From: Prorocentrum cordatum
Lineage: Eukaryota
Length of the DNA stretch: 64,000 nt
Direction of reading: 5' to 3'
Assembly (NCBI GenBank): GCA_963575745.1
Contig: CAUYUJ010000110.1
Coordinates: forward strand, 1 to 64,000
Every line of letters begins with the position of its first letter. The stretch's first letter is position 1. This document shows positions 59,430-64,000 of the stretch, piece by piece. Under the pieces are notes generated by a model, which was given only the letters and a program-made list of their open reading frames with translations, was not told the origin of the DNA and searched no databases. The position numbers and the translations under genes are program-made.

Positions 59430-60082
59430 TCGTTCATGTCACTTTCCGTCTCCTCCTCATCCTCCGATTCCCCATCATCACTCATCATCCTTATCCTCCT
59501 GAACCTGCTCCGACTCCTCCTCGTGAATCGCATCATCCTGCGGACATGGGGACGAGGAGGAGGAACGAGGAAGGGGGACCGTGCGCCACTGCGGGGGGGA
59601 GAGAAAGAGAGCCCGACGAGTCCGAAACTGTCCAGGGGCCATCCCAGCGGACCCTGCTCCCACCCCACCGAGGCCTGACGCACCCAGGCCAAGGGCCCGC
59701 GACGGGGCCCCGTAGGAGAAGGCCCGTCACCCCTTCAGGCAGAGGACTCAGCAGCTCTCCTCCGCGGACCTCCCAAAGCCTGCGATGACGCCGTGCGTTC
59801 CTCCACGCGAGGCGAGAGAAGATCCGAGAGCCAGCGAAGCCCCGACGGGGGAGGTGCAACGAGAGGGGGGGACTGGCTCTCAGGGCAGGGGGGGGGGGCG
59901 TCGACCTGGAAGCGGCGATGCATCCTCGGCGATGGGGGGCCCCCCCGTGGCGAAACCGCACAGCCCTGGCCCGGGCGGCATCTCGAGCCCCACACAGATC
60001 GGCGAGCAGTGGGCGCGGTGGAAGTCGCAGCGCTGCCCCCCGAAGAAGACCCGAGGATGAGCGGCGCCCCAGGCAGGATCGC

Positions 60083-60160
60083 CTCCAGGTGGCTGGGGCC
60101 GTACGCGTTCGTCATGATGCCCAGGGCCCGCTCCAGCAGCTCCCTCTTCTTCTGGGGGTC
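60083..60160 (-). CDS. Exon of kinesin-light-chain/NPHP3-like TPR protein (DPQKKRELLERALGIMTNAYGPSHLE)
   Basis: CAG|G acceptor and GAG|GC donor; 78 bp, phase 0-0; the ELLERAL-I---YG--H pattern is typical of 42-aa TPR repeats. Confidence 0.9.
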
Positions 60161-60334
60161 CTGCGCTCACCGCCGCGTCCCGCCACGCCGCGCGCTTGGC
60201 AAAGCCGGCGCCGCGCGCGCCGTCGGCGCGGCGCGGATCCGACGTCTTCACTTGGAGGGGGCGCGCGGCGCGGGGCGCGCCATCGGCGCGGCGCGGCGCG
60301 AGATCGGGCGCGGCATATCTCTTTCAGCGCCGAC

Positions 60335-60367
60335 CTCCCAGCCATAGCTGTAGAGTTCTTGAGCTAC
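60335..60367 (-). CDS. Candidate upstream exon of the TPR gene (VAQELYSYGWE)
   Basis: AAG|G and GAG|GT junctions, 33 bp, phase-compatible; an adjacent alternative reading (LVPVMGDIANCK) is also TPR-like, so the structure is unresolved. Confidence 0.35.
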
Positions 60368-60780
60368 CTTTACAATTCGCGATATCGCCCATGACTGGCA
60401 CCAGCCGCCCCACCCTCCCCCCCTGGTCACTCCACGATTCGCGCCGGCGCCAGCCAGGACTGAACCATTGTAAAGCATTATCAAAACGACGCCGGAGCGA
60501 ATCATGACTTGACAGCACTCCCCCCCCCTCAGTCACGCTCTCTCAGGGTGTCCATAGGGGGCAAACAAACCTACCTCGCTTTTGACCACCCTCGCTTCCA
60601 AGAGATGCCAAGCGATGCCAAACTACGGCATGTACTGGTCAGGCCGCTTGACGAGGAGGCGTATGGTATGACTTGGTTTTGCCTGGAAGCGAAAGCGGGG
60701 TAGGTAATTCACGCTCTGAGTCCAAACAGATGTCACTGGGCCCTCCCTAGAAGAAGCTTTCAGCTCCAGAGCGTCCGCGA

Positions 60781-60892
<112 letters not shown>

Positions 60893-61474
60893 CCCCTTCA
60901 GGGTTAGCGGCACTGGCTGCAAGGCCTTCGCAGTAGCGGTGGAGCGCGCCGAACTGCGCGGCGCCGGAGTCGCTCCGCGAGCTCGAGCCGCTCCGCGAGC
61001 GCGGCGTCGCCCAGCGGCGGAGCGCGGCGCCAGCGCGGGCGCGGGAGAGGCGGTGGAAGGGTCGGCGATAATGCTTAACCGCCTGCCCCTTCCCCCCCCC
61101 TTTCGGTGGCAACTCATGGGAGCCTCCCATGTCATCTTGTCGACCCGTGGAAATCGACGCTAAATCGACGCCAGTCGACGCTAATCGACGCTAATTCGAC
61201 GCTAATCGACGCTAATCGACGCTAACTCGGCGAAATCTCATCGACTCCCAGACCGACGCTAATCGACGCGAAAGACAGAATTAAAAAGGTATACCAAGCT
61301 CCCATGGTTTGCTACCGAATCCCCTCCCTGCCATGGAGTACGCTTTCGGCGCGCTCCACGTCATGCTCGCCTGAGCTCACGGCGGGCGTGGCCCCGTCCG
61401 GCCGCTTCGCCGGGGCCACCATCACCAACATCATCACCCTAATACAAGAGTAATCATCGTGATCATCAGCGGTG

Positions 61475-61552
<78 letters not shown>

Positions 61553-61794
61553 CCAGCACCACCACCATCATCATCATCGTCATCCTCATCATCATCATCA
61601 TCATCGTCATCATCATCATCATCATCACCATCACCATCATCGTCATCATCATCATCAGCATCACCATCATCATCATCATCATCATCAGCATCACCATCAT
61701 CATCATCGTCATCAAAATCATCCTCATCATCCTCATCCTCATTCTCATCATCATCATCGTCATCACCACCACCACCACCACCACCATGATCATC

Positions 61795-61860
<66 letters not shown>

Positions 61861-61889
61861 CATCCTCATCCTCATCCTCATCCTCATCC

Positions 61890-61929
<40 letters not shown>

Positions 61930-62540
61930 GGTCATCGTCATCGTCATCGTCATCATATAGCACCATCATCGTCATCGTCATCATCAGCATATTCATCATC
62001 ATCGTCATCCTCACAGCCACCACCACCACCACCATCGAAATCAGCACACCATCACCCTCACCAAGACCCTCACCATAATCAGAATCACAAGAATCCCAAT
62101 CATTACCGCTTTCCCCTCGTAATCATCACCATCAACAGCATCATCATATCACAAGATTAATCATCGTAATCATCGGCAGCATCATCATGACCACCATCAT
62201 CACAATCAACATCATCATCAGCATCATCATCACCACATCATCATAGTCTCCATCACTATCACCATCATCCTCAGCAAAAGCAACATCATCATGACCGTCA
62301 TCATCAGAATCATCGCCATCCTAATCGCCATCAACTTCATAATCATCATCAGCATCATCATCACGAGATTCACCATCATCCTCATCGGCATCGTCATAAT
62401 CATAAGTATCACCATCACAAGTGTCACCATCACCATCATCATGATCAGCATCAACATCATCATCATAGTCATCATCATCGTCATCGACATCATCACAAGA
62501 AGCAGCAACATCATCGCCAGCCTCCGCCAACATCATAACA

Positions 62541-62590
<50 letters not shown>

Positions 62591-64000
62591 GCAGCATCAG
62601 CATCATCATCATCAGCAGCAGCAGCAGTATCATAATCATAACCCTCATCACCATAATCCTCACCATCATCATCGTCACCATCACCATCACCATAATCATG
62701 AACCCTCCACCATCATCATAACCCATCATCAGCATCATCAGCATCATCACCATCGACATCATCATCACAGGCAGCACCATGTTCATCGGCTATGTCATCA
62801 CCATCACCCTCACCACCATGATCATGATCACCACCATCATCATCATCACCACCATCATCATCATGATCATCATCATAGTCACAAGGACCATCAGCATCAT
62901 GATCATGAGCATCATCATGCAGCATCATCATCCTCATCATCCTCATCATCCTCATCAGCATCGTCATCGTCACAATCAGCAACATCATCCTCATCACCGT
63001 CATCGTCACCATCATTTTCACACCATCATCAGCCTTCTCGTCATCATCAATGATCATCATTGTCGTCATCATCATCAGCATCAGCATCATCATTATCATT
63101 GTAGTCATCATCATCATAAGCATAAGCATGATCAGAATCATCACCAACACAATCAGCAGCAGCATCGTCATCCACGTCGACTTCATCATCACCATCACCA
63201 TCACCATCACCAGCATCAGCAGCCGCACCATCAACAGCGCCATAATCACTCACCATCCACCATCATCACCAACATCACGGCTCTCACTCCCTAGAACAGT
63301 CGCCACCCAGACTCATGGAGTGTCACGGTGGCCCCCTCTCGGTTCTGCGGCATCTCATGGGAGCCTCCTAGACCATCTTGTTGGCTCTCACGAACCGACG
63401 CAAATCTACGCTAAATCGACGCCAAATCGACGCCAGTCAACGCTGAGTCGGCGCTACCTCATCGGCTACCAGACGCTGATCGGCGCAAACAGCACTCGAC
63501 AGACGGCACGACGAAGGCATACTCAGCACAGGTGGCTCGGGGCCGTCTTGGGCCGCCGGGGCGGCTGTCTGATTGCTCTGGCAGCGGACCCAACCCCGAA
63601 GCGCTGCGAAGAAGGTCGGTCCCCCCCCCGGGGACTTACAAAAGAACCGGGGAGGGAGTTTTGAAAAAGTGGGCCGCCCCCGGGGCCGGGGGCCCGCTTC
63701 CCAGTTACATGATGTACGACGTGTCCTCCTCGTACGCAGGTGCACAAGGCTCCCATGATGACCAGGCATAGAAAGGACCGCTAACCATTTTGGGAGGGGT
63801 TGGGTTAGGGCACGTCCAAGCCACTCACAAGCTGGGTCAGGCCAGATAAAACCCACTCTGGCATCCACGGAAACCCCCCGCCCCATCCCCTCCGCAACCG
63901 CCGCGGCGATCCGAAAACACCCCCCTCTGCGCGCGGTCGAAGGGAGAGGCCCCCACCGCTTCCCCCGGGGGCAGAGTCCTCACCCGCGTCCCCCGGGGGC

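Overview
This is GC-rich eukaryotic DNA dominated by introns and repeats. Short exons, AG|G junctions and GC/GA donors point to a dinoflagellate, Prorocentrum-like genome (inference). Almost all ORFs in the supplied track are artefacts of microsatellites and GC-rich repeats. Supported content: (1) a minus-strand spliced gene encoding 42-aa kinesin-light-chain/nephrocystin-3-type TPR repeats, rebuilt by hand from seven 33-101 bp exons between 60160 and 41581, none of the seven with a GT donor; (2) a less certain chain of further minus-strand exons from about 34.5 kb to 5.7 kb, of unknown function; (3) a 5'-truncated non-LTR retrotransposon fragment with an intact RNase H domain and Cys/His motifs (23378-24913); (4) many short TIR elements (MITEs), including a TA-TSD Tc1/mariner-type family and several unrelated families sharing TCGG...CCGA termini with flanking duplications of 5, 13 and about 55 bp; (5) minisatellites of 42, ~90, ~150 and ~162 bp and very long CCT/CAT/GAC/CA/TAG microsatellites, some bracketed by 12-18 bp direct repeats. 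All coordinates were read by eye and no database search was run.
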